Assembly: GCA_039208735.1 (NCBI GenBank)
Contig: JBCCQY010000042.1
Coordinates: forward strand, 1 to 64,000
Direction: 5' to 3'
DNA from: Myxococcota bacterium
GTDB lineage: Bacteria > Myxococcota_A > UBA796 > GCA-2862545
Length of the DNA: 64,000 nucleotides
In this document: positions 50,018 through 59,263 of the stretch, piece after piece
Numbering within the stretch: the stretch's first letter is position 1
How the letters are laid out: every line of letters starts with the position of its first letter
The notes under the pieces: generated by a model
Database searches by the model: none
What the model was told of the DNA's origin: nothing
What the model saw: only the letters and a program-made list of their open reading frames with translations
Made by a program: the position numbers and the translations under genes

Positions 50018-51054
50018 TCCGGGCGGGGCTGTGGTTCGGCATCGCATGGGGGTTGTCAGGCTGTGTGCTGAAGGGTCCTCACGAACTCGTGCGGGCCCAG
50101 CTCGAAGCAACGCGTTCGGCGTTCTCGACGCGAGCCGTAGAATCCGAGCAGCAGATTCGTGCCCTCGAGGCCGAAATCGCCAAGCGTGAAATCCGTCTTG
50201 ACGAACAAGCGGTTCGGGTCGACCAGCTGCGAACGTTGTCCGAACTCAAGGATTCGGAACTCGAGCGGGTCGTTTCGGAGCAGGTGGCTCTCGCCGATGA
50301 AATCCTACGAGCCCAGGCCGAAATCGACGCGCTAAAGGCCGAGGTCAAGCGGTTGGAGGGTCTGACCCGACGGCGTCGACCCCGAACGCCTCCCCCCGAG
50401 CCCGAAGGCGAAGCCCGCCCCACCGAGGAACCGCCCGAACCAACCGACGGCCAAGCGGCATTGGCGACCTTGCAGGCTCGGGTTCAGGCCCAGCTCGATC
50501 AGGAGCTCCTCACCCAGCTCGATAGCGAGACCCACGAAGCCCTAGCCGCCGCCCTTGTCGACCTGATCGACCCTGGATTCTTGACCCTTACGCGGGTGGA
50601 GGATGGGTCGGTGATTCGCATCGAGACACGGCGACTCTTTCAGGAAGGATGGACCACACTGTCCCCCCGGGGCCAACAGATCGTCGAGGCGATCGGCACG
50701 GCCCTGGCTTCGCTTCCCGGGCGGCGCATCAGCGTCGAGGGACATACCGATGATGCTCCCATCCATACGGCGCAGTTCCCCTCGAACTGGGAACGCGGCT
50801 TTGGGCGGGCCATCGCCGTGCTCCGCGGATTGACCGAGGTAGCGCCTCGCCTGCGCATCTCGGCCACGAGCTTCGCCTCGTCCCGTCCGATCGTGCCCCA
50901 CGACACGCCGGACGCGGAAACGCAAAACCGACGCGTCGAGATCGTGGTTCGTGGAGACCCTACCTTGCTCCGTCAACCTCTCGAAGAGCCTGACGCCGAA
51001 GACGAGGAAGCCGAACCAGCGCCTTCGGAGTCGCCAACCGAGGAGAAGCCCTGA
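50014..51054 (+). CDS. OmpA/MotB-family lipoprotein with coiled coil
   Basis: Lipobox LSGC; long coiled coil; VEGHTDD.PI....FPSNWE....RA..V and NRRVEIVV peptidoglycan-binding motifs. Confidence 0.88.
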   Translation: MIRAGLWFGIAWGLSGCVLKGPHELVRAQLEATRSAFSTRAVESEQQIRALEAEIAKREIRLDEQAVRVDQLRTLSELKDSELERVVSEQVALADEILRAQAEIDALKAEVKRLEGLTRRRRPRTPPPEPEGEARPTEEPPEPTDGQAALATLQARVQAQLDQELLTQLDSETHEALAAALVDLIDPGFLTLTRVEDGSVIRIETRRLFQEGWTTLSPRGQQIVEAIGTALASLPGRRISVEGHTDDAPIHTAQFPSNWERGFGRAIAVLRGLTEVAPRLRISATSFASSRPIVPHDTPDAETQNRRVEIVVRGDPTLLRQPLEEPDAEDEEAEPAPSESPTEEKP

Positions 51055-51908
51055 TGCCGACCGGTTGGTCTCCTTGGGCGGACTGGGGCGTCCACGGTGG
51101 CTTGCGCCTGCAGCGCCACGTTCGCCATGGCGTGTCCCGGGTGCTCGGCCCGAACGGCGTTCGATTCCGCGGGGATTTCCGTTCGGCGGAGGCCGAGTTT
51201 CGAGCCATGCAGGCGGCCGTTCCGCTGACGTCAGATCACGCGGTGATCTTGCTACACGGCCTGTTCCGGTCGCGAGGCGCCATGGGCCGAATGGCACGGG
51301 CCTTGGCGGAGGATGGCTACGCGCCGGCCACGGTGCACTACCCCTCCACGCGTCGCGACATTGACGGGCACGCAGAGCAGGTCGAAGGGGTCCTCGACCG
51401 CATCGTCGGCCCCACCCAGGTTTCGTTCGTCGGACACAGCCTTGGCGGCATTGTGGCCCGTCGTGTGCTGGACCGTACGCGGCCATGGCGGGACCACCTG
51501 ACGCCGCGACGCCTCGTGACCTTGGGCTCTCCCCATCAGGGCGCGGCCATCGCCGAAGCATTGCATCGGGTGCCGGGGTTCCGTCGCTTCGCGGGCCCTA
51601 CCCTGACCGAGCTAACGCCCGCGAATGCGAAGCCCCAACCGCCACCTGTGCCGTTTGCCGTGATCGCCGGCGGACGACGAGGCACCGGGTTCAACCCGCT
51701 GCTCGAGGGTGACGACGACATGACGGTGCGGGTCGACGAAGCGATGCTCGAGGGAGCGGACGACACCCTCGTACTCGACGCGGTCCATACGCTCATCATG
51801 ATGGACCGGCGCGCTATTGACGCGGTGCGCCACTACCTTTCGACGGGTCGGCTTAGCCCTGCGGCCACTGAAACGTCGTCGAGCGCTGCAGACGAACTTC
51901 GCCATTGA
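51054..51908 (+). CDS. Alpha/beta hydrolase (lipase/esterase-like)
   Basis: LLHGL, GHSLGG nucleophile elbow, LVTLGSPHQG, DDMTV, H in DAVHT. Confidence 0.88.
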   Translation: MPTGWSPWADWGVHGGLRLQRHVRHGVSRVLGPNGVRFRGDFRSAEAEFRAMQAAVPLTSDHAVILLHGLFRSRGAMGRMARALAEDGYAPATVHYPSTRRDIDGHAEQVEGVLDRIVGPTQVSFVGHSLGGIVARRVLDRTRPWRDHLTPRRLVTLGSPHQGAAIAEALHRVPGFRRFAGPTLTELTPANAKPQPPPVPFAVIAGGRRGTGFNPLLEGDDDMTVRVDEAMLEGADDTLVLDAVHTLIMMDRRAIDAVRHYLSTGRLSPAATETSSSAADELRH

Positions 51909-52431
51909 GCTCGACCTCGGGAACCTGCTGGCTCCAGGCCTGATCTCCGATGCAGCTCCGGACGGCTTCCGGCAGGTCGTGATCGAGCGAGCGAATGCCC
52001 ACATCATACATCTGGCCGTCGTAAAGCACCGTATCGAAGACGAATTCAGCCGTCGTCGGCTCGGCGAATCCTTCCATCCAGGGCAGGATGCACTCGTCGC
52101 GAGCCGCTTTGACGATTTCGTTGACGAAGTAGTTCATCTCCCGGCGCATGTCGGCCGTAAGGGGCACGATCTCTGGGTTCTCCGGGCGCTCGGGGCGAGA
52201 CAAGTCGTCGGGCGGAGGCAGCGACAGACGTGCTCCAGGACGAATCGTCGGCTTGACGGGCGAGGGCGTGACCGTAGGACGCGGGGGCACCGGCTCGGGC
52301 GTGGGCCCCCCGGCGGGGCCAACCTGCTCATCGAGGACCAACATCGACACGATCCCACCGATCACCGCGAGAGCCGCCACCGCAACCCCTGCAATCCAAC
52401 CGCGTCCTGAAGACTTCTCTTCCTCGCTCAC
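51853..52431 (-). CDS. Membrane-anchored hypothetical protein (Pro-rich linker, TonB-C/AgmX-like C-terminal domain)
   Basis: N-terminal TM, Pro-rich linker, two Cys (ARDEC, VRSCI) and terminal TFQW; convergent overlap with hydrolase. Confidence 0.55.
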   Translation of the reverse strand: MSEEEKSSGRGWIAGVAVAALAVIGGIVSMLVLDEQVGPAGGPTPEPVPPRPTVTPSPVKPTIRPGARLSLPPPDDLSRPERPENPEIVPLTADMRREMNYFVNEIVKAARDECILPWMEGFAEPTTAEFVFDTVLYDGQMYDVGIRSLDHDLPEAVRSCIGDQAWSQQVPEVELNGEVRLQRSTTFQWPQG

Positions 52432-53012
52432 GACTCCCCCTTGTCGTCGCTCTCGTCATCCCTGGCGTCGGGCTCTGCGACCCCGGTCGTCCGTCGAAAG
52501 GCCTTGAGTCCTTGATCGATGACCCGGCTCACGTCTGCCGCGGCACGTCCCGCATCCTGGACCAGGTTCTCACGGAGCGAGCTGAACCGCTCCTCGAAGC
52601 GAGCAAACGCATCGTCATCGGTCGCCCCCCCCACCATGCGCGACAATGCCTCAAACACCCCCGGGCCCGAGCTTCGCAGCTTCTCGGCGTCGAGTGCGAC
52701 CTCGCCGGGCGTCCGGCCCACGAACGGAAGCGACACGTCCGGCGGGTCATCAGACGGCGGTTGACCTAAGAACTGGCGGACGGCATCGCGAGCCTGGCCG
52801 ATGACCTGTCCCCATCCTTCGTCGACGTGCGCCTGCGCAGCTTCGCGATCGACCTCATAGGCTTCGATCGACGCGGCTACGACATTCTTCGATGCAAACA
52901 GGAGATCGCGCACTTCGAGATCGCCCTCAGGCAACGAAGTGCCGTTTGGGACCAAGAAATATCGCCGTTCCTCGTCTGCGGTCATCCATAAATGCGGTCT
53001 TGCGTCACTCAC
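52428..53012 (-). CDS. Hypothetical protein
   Basis: GTGA overlaps with neighbours on both sides; protein-like composition. Confidence 0.6.
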   Translation of the reverse strand: MSDARPHLWMTADEERRYFLVPNGTSLPEGDLEVRDLLFASKNVVAASIEAYEVDREAAQAHVDEGWGQVIGQARDAVRQFLGQPPSDDPPDVSLPFVGRTPGEVALDAEKLRSSGPGVFEALSRMVGGATDDDAFARFEERFSSLRENLVQDAGRAAADVSRVIDQGLKAFRRTTGVAEPDARDDESDDKGES

Positions 53013-53416
53013 AGCGAAATCGTCCCATCGTTGCACTGGTTTCCGCAGGAATCGAGGCCGCTCGTGTAGTCGGGCGTCACGACCATGGGAATCATGGTCT
53101 CAAAGGAAACCTCGAGGGTGTCGGGCCATCGGTCGTTGCGTTCGAGCGTGACCTGCGCCGCTCCACAGAACCACGTGATGTTGTCCTGCCGCGGTTCTTC
53201 GGTGGCCAACGTGGGGCAGCGGATCTGGAGGTCGAGCCCTTCGTCTTCGTTGCGGACCACCAAGATGAAGGCACTCCGGTCGTCGTTCGCATCTTCAACG
53301 ACCAAGGTCGAGCTGCAGGTGGACGTGCCTTGGACCTCGCACTCCGGTGGCTCGGCCTCGGGGCAGCCCGCAAGCAGCCCCCATGCTGCGGCCATTACCC
53401 AACGTGCCTGCATCAT
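53009..53416 (-). CDS. Small Cys-rich lipoprotein
   Basis: AGGAGG RBS, lipobox LAGC, six further Cys. Confidence 0.7.
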   Translation of the reverse strand: MMQARWVMAAAWGLLAGCPEAEPPECEVQGTSTCSSTLVVEDANDDRSAFILVVRNEDEGLDLQIRCPTLATEEPRQDNITWFCGAAQVTLERNDRWPDTLEVSFETMIPMVVTPDYTSGLDSCGNQCNDGTISL

Positions 53417-53581
53417 CGTCGTCCTCCTGCGGAACCAAGACCCGCCATCGGGAGGTCTACACCGAGCGTGACGGGTTGTCGCCTCTCTCGTAAGCGCGAT
53501 TACACATTCCGCACAATGCACCGGACCATGCGGTCTTTCGCACCGATGGGCTCCGCGGATCGCCATGCGGAGTGCCTGTTC

Positions 53582-54496
53582 ATGTTGAAGACCGTCGTCG
53601 CTTGGACCTTCTACCCAGGAATGCTTCTGGTAGGGCTTAGAGTCACCGCCCTTGGCATTCAGGAAGGGCTATCGCCCGCCCTTGTCGTCGCCTCTACGAT
53701 TTTCGTGAGTGCACTGGTCATCGCGGTCGTTCAGCGGTGGATGCCATTCGAGGACGAATGGCAGGCCAAACCACAGACCTACTGGCTCGACATGTTGCAC
53801 ATGGCGAGCACCGGCGTGACCACCGAGGGGTATCGGGCCGCGACGGTCGGCCTGTTCACCGCAGGTGCCGTCTACCTGCAAGGCGCGTTGGGCGGGTCGC
53901 TCTGGCCCAACGAGCAGCCCATGGTTCTTCAGCTGGCCTTGGCGCTCCTCATCGGAGATCTCGGCGCCTACTGGGTTCACCGCACGTGCCACACCAGCCC
54001 GCTGTTCTGGCGTGTTCACGCCATGCACCACAGCTCCGAGCAGCTCTACGCGTTTGCGAGCGCTCGCAATCACCCCATGAACGCGATTCTCGCCTATGGT
54101 AGCCAGTTGTTGCCCCTCACCCTGCTGGGGGCAAACCTTGAGGTCATCGCCCTGTTGTCGGTGTTCACCGGCATCAACGGCCTCCTGCAGCACGCCAACA
54201 TCGATCTCAAGCACGGCATCTTCAACTGGGTGTTTGCGACGGCCGACCTGCACCGTTGGCATCACAGCAAGGACTTCGACGAGTCCAACACCAACTTCGG
54301 CAGCAACATCATCGTATGGGACATCGTGTTCGGCACCCGCGCCCTGCCGGAAGGCCACCCCGAGGCCGTCGGCATCTCAGGCCTCCACATGCCAGAGAAC
54401 TTCTTACACCATCTGGCTTCGCCGTTCGTCTTGAATCGGTACACCGCAGAGGCCCTGCCCGTGCATGAAGACGGGAAACTCCGTCTCGAGGGCTGA
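53582..54496 (+). CDS. Sterol desaturase / fatty acid hydroxylase family protein
   Basis: His boxes YWVHRTCH, HAMHHS, QHAN, HRWHHS; NFG..I.WD.VFGT; multiple TM. Confidence 0.92.
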   Translation: MLKTVVAWTFYPGMLLVGLRVTALGIQEGLSPALVVASTIFVSALVIAVVQRWMPFEDEWQAKPQTYWLDMLHMASTGVTTEGYRAATVGLFTAGAVYLQGALGGSLWPNEQPMVLQLALALLIGDLGAYWVHRTCHTSPLFWRVHAMHHSSEQLYAFASARNHPMNAILAYGSQLLPLTLLGANLEVIALLSVFTGINGLLQHANIDLKHGIFNWVFATADLHRWHHSKDFDESNTNFGSNIIVWDIVFGTRALPEGHPEAVGISGLHMPENFLHHLASPFVLNRYTAEALPVHEDGKLRLEG

Positions 54497-54517
54497 TCCG
54501 GGAAGTTAATTCGGGTC

Positions 54518-57238
54518 ATGCGCTCTCGCTTCACGTTGTGGTTCGTCATCGCGGCGGCCGTCCTGCTCTTCGGCGGGGGCCAAGCCATCGCCACGCTCGT
54601 CACCGACGCCCAATGGTTCGCCACCTTGGGCCATTTCCAGGTGTTCCAGACCCAACTGGTCACCCAGATTGGCCTGGGGCTCGTCGGCGGCCTCGTCACC
54701 TTCTTGATCGTAGGAGGATCGGCGGGCTTCGCGGCGCGCCATGCGGGTCCCCCACCTCGGCCTCGCGCGGTGGGCCCAGAGGACGACAATCCCTTCGCCG
54801 CGGCGCTCCAGGGCGTGTCGCCGCGCACCATCGCGACCGTCATCTCGCTCGCCATCGCGCTCCTCGCTGGATTGACCGTCGCTGGCTGGTGGGAGCACCT
54901 GCTGCTCCTCATCAACGGTCAGCCCTTTGGCATCGTCGACCCCGTCTGGCAGCTCGACGCCTCGTTCTACGTGTTCGATCTGCCGTTCATCCTGCGGGTG
55001 CAACAGGCGCTTTCGTTGTTGCTTTCCGTGGCCGTAGTCGTGACCTTCGGGTTGTACGTCACCCGTGGCGTCGTGTCGCTCGAACTCGCCCAACAGGACG
55101 GTCAGGTCGTCGCAAACGGCATCAACCTCCCTGCAGAGGTGCGCCGCCATCTTGCGACCTTGATTGCCGGCGTGCTCGTGCTGTGGGCCATCGGGACTTT
55201 CCTCCAGCGATTCGAGCTGATGTACGACCAGGCCGGGCTCTTCGCCGGACCAGGCTATGCCGAACTCAACGGCACCCTACCCCTTCTCACCGTCCAGGCC
55301 GTCGCGACCGTCCTCGCCGCCGTCGTTGCGTTCATCGGGGTGGACCGAGGTGCGCTCGGGACCGTCACCCTGGCCGGCCTGCTCATCGGAGGCACCTCAC
55401 TGCTCACCAGCGCCTACCCATCGGTGTTGCAGCGCTTCAGCGTCGATCCAAACGAACTGTCCCGCGAAGGCCCCCAAATCGTCGACCACATCGAAGCCAC
55501 GCGGCATGCGTTCAATCTGGACGGCATTGATGAACTGACGCTGTCGGGCAAGGATGAGCTGGACCGGACGGATATCGACCAGAACGAAGGCACCATCGTC
55601 AACATTCGCCTGTGGGACCACCAACCCCTGCTCGATACCTTCAGTCAGGTCCAGGAAATCCGCACGTACTACGGCTTCATGAATGTCGACAACGACCGGT
55701 ACGAGATCGACGGTCAACTGCGTCAGATCATGCTGTCGCCACGGGAACTGACGGTCCAGGAACTCCCCGAGCAAGCTCGCACCTGGGTCAACGAGACGAT
55801 GACCTACACGCACGGGTACGGACTTGCCCTGGGACCGGTGAACCGCGTCAATGCGCAAGGGCTGCCCGAGCTGTTCATCCAAGACTTGCCGCCGAAGGTC
55901 CAACACACCGATACGCTGGCCATCGATCAAGCGGCGATCTACTTCGGTGAGACGCCCGACGCCCTGCGCAAGACCGTCGTGGTGAAGTCCGCAAACCCGG
56001 AGTTCGATTATCCGGTCGGAAACCGAAATGAGTACACAACGTACACGGGTGAAGCCGGCGTTCCGCTCAGTGGTTTGGCGCGTTTGCTCTTCTCGATGCG
56101 CCTCGGTTCCACCGACCTGTTGTTCTCGGGGGACATCACCCACGAAAGCCGCCTGCTGCTCTACCGCCATGTCGTGGCCCGTGCCGCGAGAGTCGCGCCT
56201 TTCCTCCGTTACGACTCCGATCCCTACATGGTGATCGACCAAGGTCGACTTGTGTGGATCCTCGACGCCTACACCACCAGTGCGCAGTTCCCCTACGCGG
56301 CGTCGGTCGGAGGAGGCAACTACATTCGAAACGCGGTCAAGGTCACGGTTGATGCCTACGATGGCACGGTCACCTTCTACGGGTTCGACATGGAAGACCC
56401 CATTCTGGCAGCTTGGTCCCTCATCTTCCCCGATCTGTTCACGCCCATCGAGACCATGCCGGAGAGCCTGCGGGCACACCTTCGCTACCCAAGTGATCTG
56501 TTCCGCGAACAAGCCCGTTTGTTCGCGACATACCACATGGTGGACCACCAGATCTTTTACAACCGCGAAGACGAATGGGAAGTCCCCGCCATTGGCAGCA
56601 AGGGCCGGATGGAGCCCTACTACACCATCATGCGGCTCCCCGGCGAAAGCACTGAAGAATTCATCGTGATGTTGCCGTTCTCGCCGCGTGGCAAACCTAA
56701 TCTCGCCGCATGGATGGTCGCACAGTCCGACGGGGAGAATCTTGGCCGGCTCCGGGTTTACCAATTCCCTAAGGACACCCTCGTCTACGGGCCTAAGATG
56801 GTGGCGGCGCGCATTCAGCAGGACCCCGAAATCTCGCAGAACATCAGCCTGTGGGACCAGCAAGGGTCGGCTGTCAATCTGGGCACTTTGCTCGTGATTC
56901 CCATCGAGGAGTCCCTCATCTACGTCCAGCCGCTGTACCTGCAGGCCAAGGACGACAGCATTCCCGAGTTGAAGCGCGTCATCGTGGCCTACAAAGACCA
57001 GATTGCGATGCAGCCCACGCTCGAGGAAGGGCTCGCCGAGCTGTTTGGTGAGGTCGAGGCCGTGCCCGTCGAGGTGCCCGATGCGGCCCAAGATGGATCC
57101 GCTCCTCCCTTGGTGCTGGATGCGACGACGCGCGCCGCCCTTATCGAGCAGGCCCAGCAGCAGTTTGAAGCCGCAAGCGAGCTATTGAACGCGCTTGGCG
57201 AGACCCTCGAAGCGCTCAAGGATGAGCCCGCGCAATAG
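54518..57238 (+). CDS. UPF0182 family membrane protein
   Basis: WF..LG...VF, DP....DASFYVFDLPF, NIRLWD, YTHGYG, APFL..D.DPY, NYIRNAVK..VDAYDG, HLRYP.DLF, YVQPLY, PELKRVIV. Confidence 0.93.
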   Translation: MRSRFTLWFVIAAAVLLFGGGQAIATLVTDAQWFATLGHFQVFQTQLVTQIGLGLVGGLVTFLIVGGSAGFAARHAGPPPRPRAVGPEDDNPFAAALQGVSPRTIATVISLAIALLAGLTVAGWWEHLLLLINGQPFGIVDPVWQLDASFYVFDLPFILRVQQALSLLLSVAVVVTFGLYVTRGVVSLELAQQDGQVVANGINLPAEVRRHLATLIAGVLVLWAIGTFLQRFELMYDQAGLFAGPGYAELNGTLPLLTVQAVATVLAAVVAFIGVDRGALGTVTLAGLLIGGTSLLTSAYPSVLQRFSVDPNELSREGPQIVDHIEATRHAFNLDGIDELTLSGKDELDRTDIDQNEGTIVNIRLWDHQPLLDTFSQVQEIRTYYGFMNVDNDRYEIDGQLRQIMLSPRELTVQELPEQARTWVNETMTYTHGYGLALGPVNRVNAQGLPELFIQDLPPKVQHTDTLAIDQAAIYFGETPDALRKTVVVKSANPEFDYPVGNRNEYTTYTGEAGVPLSGLARLLFSMRLGSTDLLFSGDITHESRLLLYRHVVARAARVAPFLRYDSDPYMVIDQGRLVWILDAYTTSAQFPYAASVGGGNYIRNAVKVTVDAYDGTVTFYGFDMEDPILAAWSLIFPDLFTPIETMPESLRAHLRYPSDLFREQARLFATYHMVDHQIFYNREDEWEVPAIGSKGRMEPYYTIMRLPGESTEEFIVMLPFSPRGKPNLAAWMVAQSDGENLGRLRVYQFPKDTLVYGPKMVAARIQQDPEISQNISLWDQQGSAVNLGTLLVIPIEESLIYVQPLYLQAKDDSIPELKRVIVAYKDQIAMQPTLEEGLAELFGEVEAVPVEVPDAAQDGSAPPLVLDATTRAALIEQAQQQFEAASELLNALGETLEALKDEPAQ

Positions 57239-57286
57239 GCTGAGCCGGCAAGGCGTAGGCCTAGCAGAACAAACGCTGGAGCATCT

Positions 57287-59023
57287 GTGTCCGAGAAACG
57301 TCCGAATCGCACAGCACTCTTTGTGGTGCTGGGCCTCGCCGCCGTCGCCACCATTGCGAGCATCGGCCTCATCTACAGCCTGTTGAGTGGCACCACGCCG
57401 TCCCTCGACGAGCCCTCGGTGCTCGAAGTGACGCTCGACGGCGGCTACGCCGACGGAAAAATCGAGGATCCGCTTGCCGAACTTGGGCTCTCGAGCAGCG
57501 GCAACTCGCTGTACGATGTGGTGCGTGCCATCGACAACGCAGCCTCGGACGCCAACGTCGAGGCGTTGCGCTTCACCGTGCGCTCCCCAAGCCTCGGCCT
57601 TGCCCAGCAGCAGGAAATTGAGCAGGCGGTGAACCGTTTCCGCGAGTCGGGGAAGCCCGTGTTCTCCCACCTCTCAGGAGACATGGTCACCAACGGCCGC
57701 TACTACCTAGCTTCGATGGGTGATGAAGTCTGGGCGACCCCGGAGTCGTTTTGGCTCATCCAGGGCTTGCAGGCCGATGTCACGTTCCTTCGTGGCATGC
57801 TCGAGAACCTGAAGATCGAGCCTGACGTCATCATGTTCAAGGAGTACAAGTCGGCGGGTGAGCCTTACAAGAACACCGAAATGAGCGAGCCGATGCGGGA
57901 GGCGCTCACCACGGTGCTTGAAGATGTTCAGCGGATGTGGATCGAAGGCGTCGCACAGCGTCGGGAAATCGGCGTGGATGCGGTCCGCGAACTCGTCAAC
58001 GCTGGCGCGCTCACCCCGCAGGCCGCCAAGGACGGCAAGCTCGTCGACCACCTTGGCTACGCCGATGAGCTGACCGATGCCATCAAGGAGCGTTTGGGTC
58101 GTGATTCGTATGAGCGCATCAAGCTCAGCAAGTACGTCCAGACCCTGCCTGAGCCCGACTCCGATGAACGCATCGCGTTGATCTTTGGCGAAGGCCCCAT
58201 CCTGGCCGAAGAAGCCGACGACAGCAATCCGTTTGCCAACAACCAGGCCATCTACGGGCCCAAGCTCGCGCGAGACATCCGCAAGGCGGCCAAGGAAGAC
58301 CGAGTCAAGGCCATCGTGCTTCGCGTCAACAGCCCTGGCGGGTCGGCCGTGGGCTCGGACTACGTGTGGCGAGAAATCATGCGAGCCAAAGACAAGGGCA
58401 TTCCCGTCGTTGTCAGCATGTCATCGGTGGCGGGCAGTGGCGGCTACTGGATTTCGATGGGGGCTGATGCCATCGTGGCCCAGCCCGCGACCATCACAGG
58501 TAGCATTGGCGTGGTGTTTTCCAAGCTGAACGTTCGCGGGCTCTACGAATGGGCCGGTGCGAACATCGAGTCCATCTCGCTGGCTGAAAACAGCAGCCTG
58601 ATGTCGCCCTACCATTCGTTCGACGAAGCCCAGTACGCCAGGGTCGAAGGGGTCATCGGGTCGCTGTACGAAAGCTTCGTCAACAAGGTCGCCGAGGGTC
58701 GAGCCATGACCTTCGACGAGGTGGAGCCCCTCGCCCACGGACGGATCTGGTCGGGAGAAGATGCGCTCGATATCAAGCTTATCGACGAATTGGGAGGCTT
58801 GCGCGAAGCGGTCGCCCTCGCCGCGACCAAGGCCTCGCTCGACGCTGCCACCACCGATGTCGAAATCTTCCCGAAGACCAAGTCGGTGTTCGAGAAGTTG
58901 GCCGAGGGCGACTTTGGGGTCTCCACCCCATCCACCCCGACGGCGGCCCAGCTCCGCACCTGGATCGACGAACTCGCCCAGCCCCGCGCGAGTGTTGAGA
59001 TGCCGGATATTCGGATTTATTGA
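57287..59023 (+). CDS. sppA: Signal peptide peptidase SppA (67K type, two S49 domains)
   Basis: EYKSAGEP, VLRVNSPGGSA..S, PVVVSM..VAGSGGYWI, TITGSIGV, GRIWSG..A...LIDELG. Confidence 0.93.
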   Translation: MSEKRPNRTALFVVLGLAAVATIASIGLIYSLLSGTTPSLDEPSVLEVTLDGGYADGKIEDPLAELGLSSSGNSLYDVVRAIDNAASDANVEALRFTVRSPSLGLAQQQEIEQAVNRFRESGKPVFSHLSGDMVTNGRYYLASMGDEVWATPESFWLIQGLQADVTFLRGMLENLKIEPDVIMFKEYKSAGEPYKNTEMSEPMREALTTVLEDVQRMWIEGVAQRREIGVDAVRELVNAGALTPQAAKDGKLVDHLGYADELTDAIKERLGRDSYERIKLSKYVQTLPEPDSDERIALIFGEGPILAEEADDSNPFANNQAIYGPKLARDIRKAAKEDRVKAIVLRVNSPGGSAVGSDYVWREIMRAKDKGIPVVVSMSSVAGSGGYWISMGADAIVAQPATITGSIGVVFSKLNVRGLYEWAGANIESISLAENSSLMSPYHSFDEAQYARVEGVIGSLYESFVNKVAEGRAMTFDEVEPLAHGRIWSGEDALDIKLIDELGGLREAVALAATKASLDAATTDVEIFPKTKSVFEKLAEGDFGVSTPSTPTAAQLRTWIDELAQPRASVEMPDIRIY

Positions 59024-59026
59024 TCA

Positions 59027-59244
59027 GCCTGCAGGAGCGAAGCGACGAAGGCTGAAGCACGTCGAGCTGCAGGCGCGAAGCGCCGAAGGTCAGTGCTCAT
59101 CCGCCTGCAGGAGCGAAGCGACGAAGGCTGAAGCACGTCGAGCTGCAGGCGCGAAGCGCCGAAGGTCAGTGCTCATCCGCCTGCAGGAGCGAAGCGACGA
59201 AGGCTGAAGCACGTCGTGCTGCAGGCGCGAAGCGCCGAAGGTCA
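59027..59244. repeat. 76-bp intergenic tandem repeat, ~2.9 copies (REP/BIME-like)
   Basis: Units start at 59027, 59103 and 59179, near-identical; each holds two related CTGCAGG-(A/C)GCGAAGCG(A/C)-CGAAGG elements; lies between convergent genes. Confidence 0.93.
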
Positions 59245-59263
59245 CTGCGAAGAAGGCGGAACG

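Noticed and set aside
50014..51054. Flagellar stator gene motB
   Set aside because: Lipoprotein leader instead of the Asp-bearing TM helix; no motA or flagellar genes adjacent
52892..53581. 230-aa N-terminal extension of the desaturase ORF
   Set aside because: Overlaps two credible minus-strand genes and is not protein-like; true start probably 53582
55397..57091. 564-aa minus-strand ORF
   Set aside because: Antisense shadow of the UPF0182 gene
59027..59244. CRISPR array
   Set aside because: Intervening sequences are identical between units rather than unique spacers; no cas genes in the window
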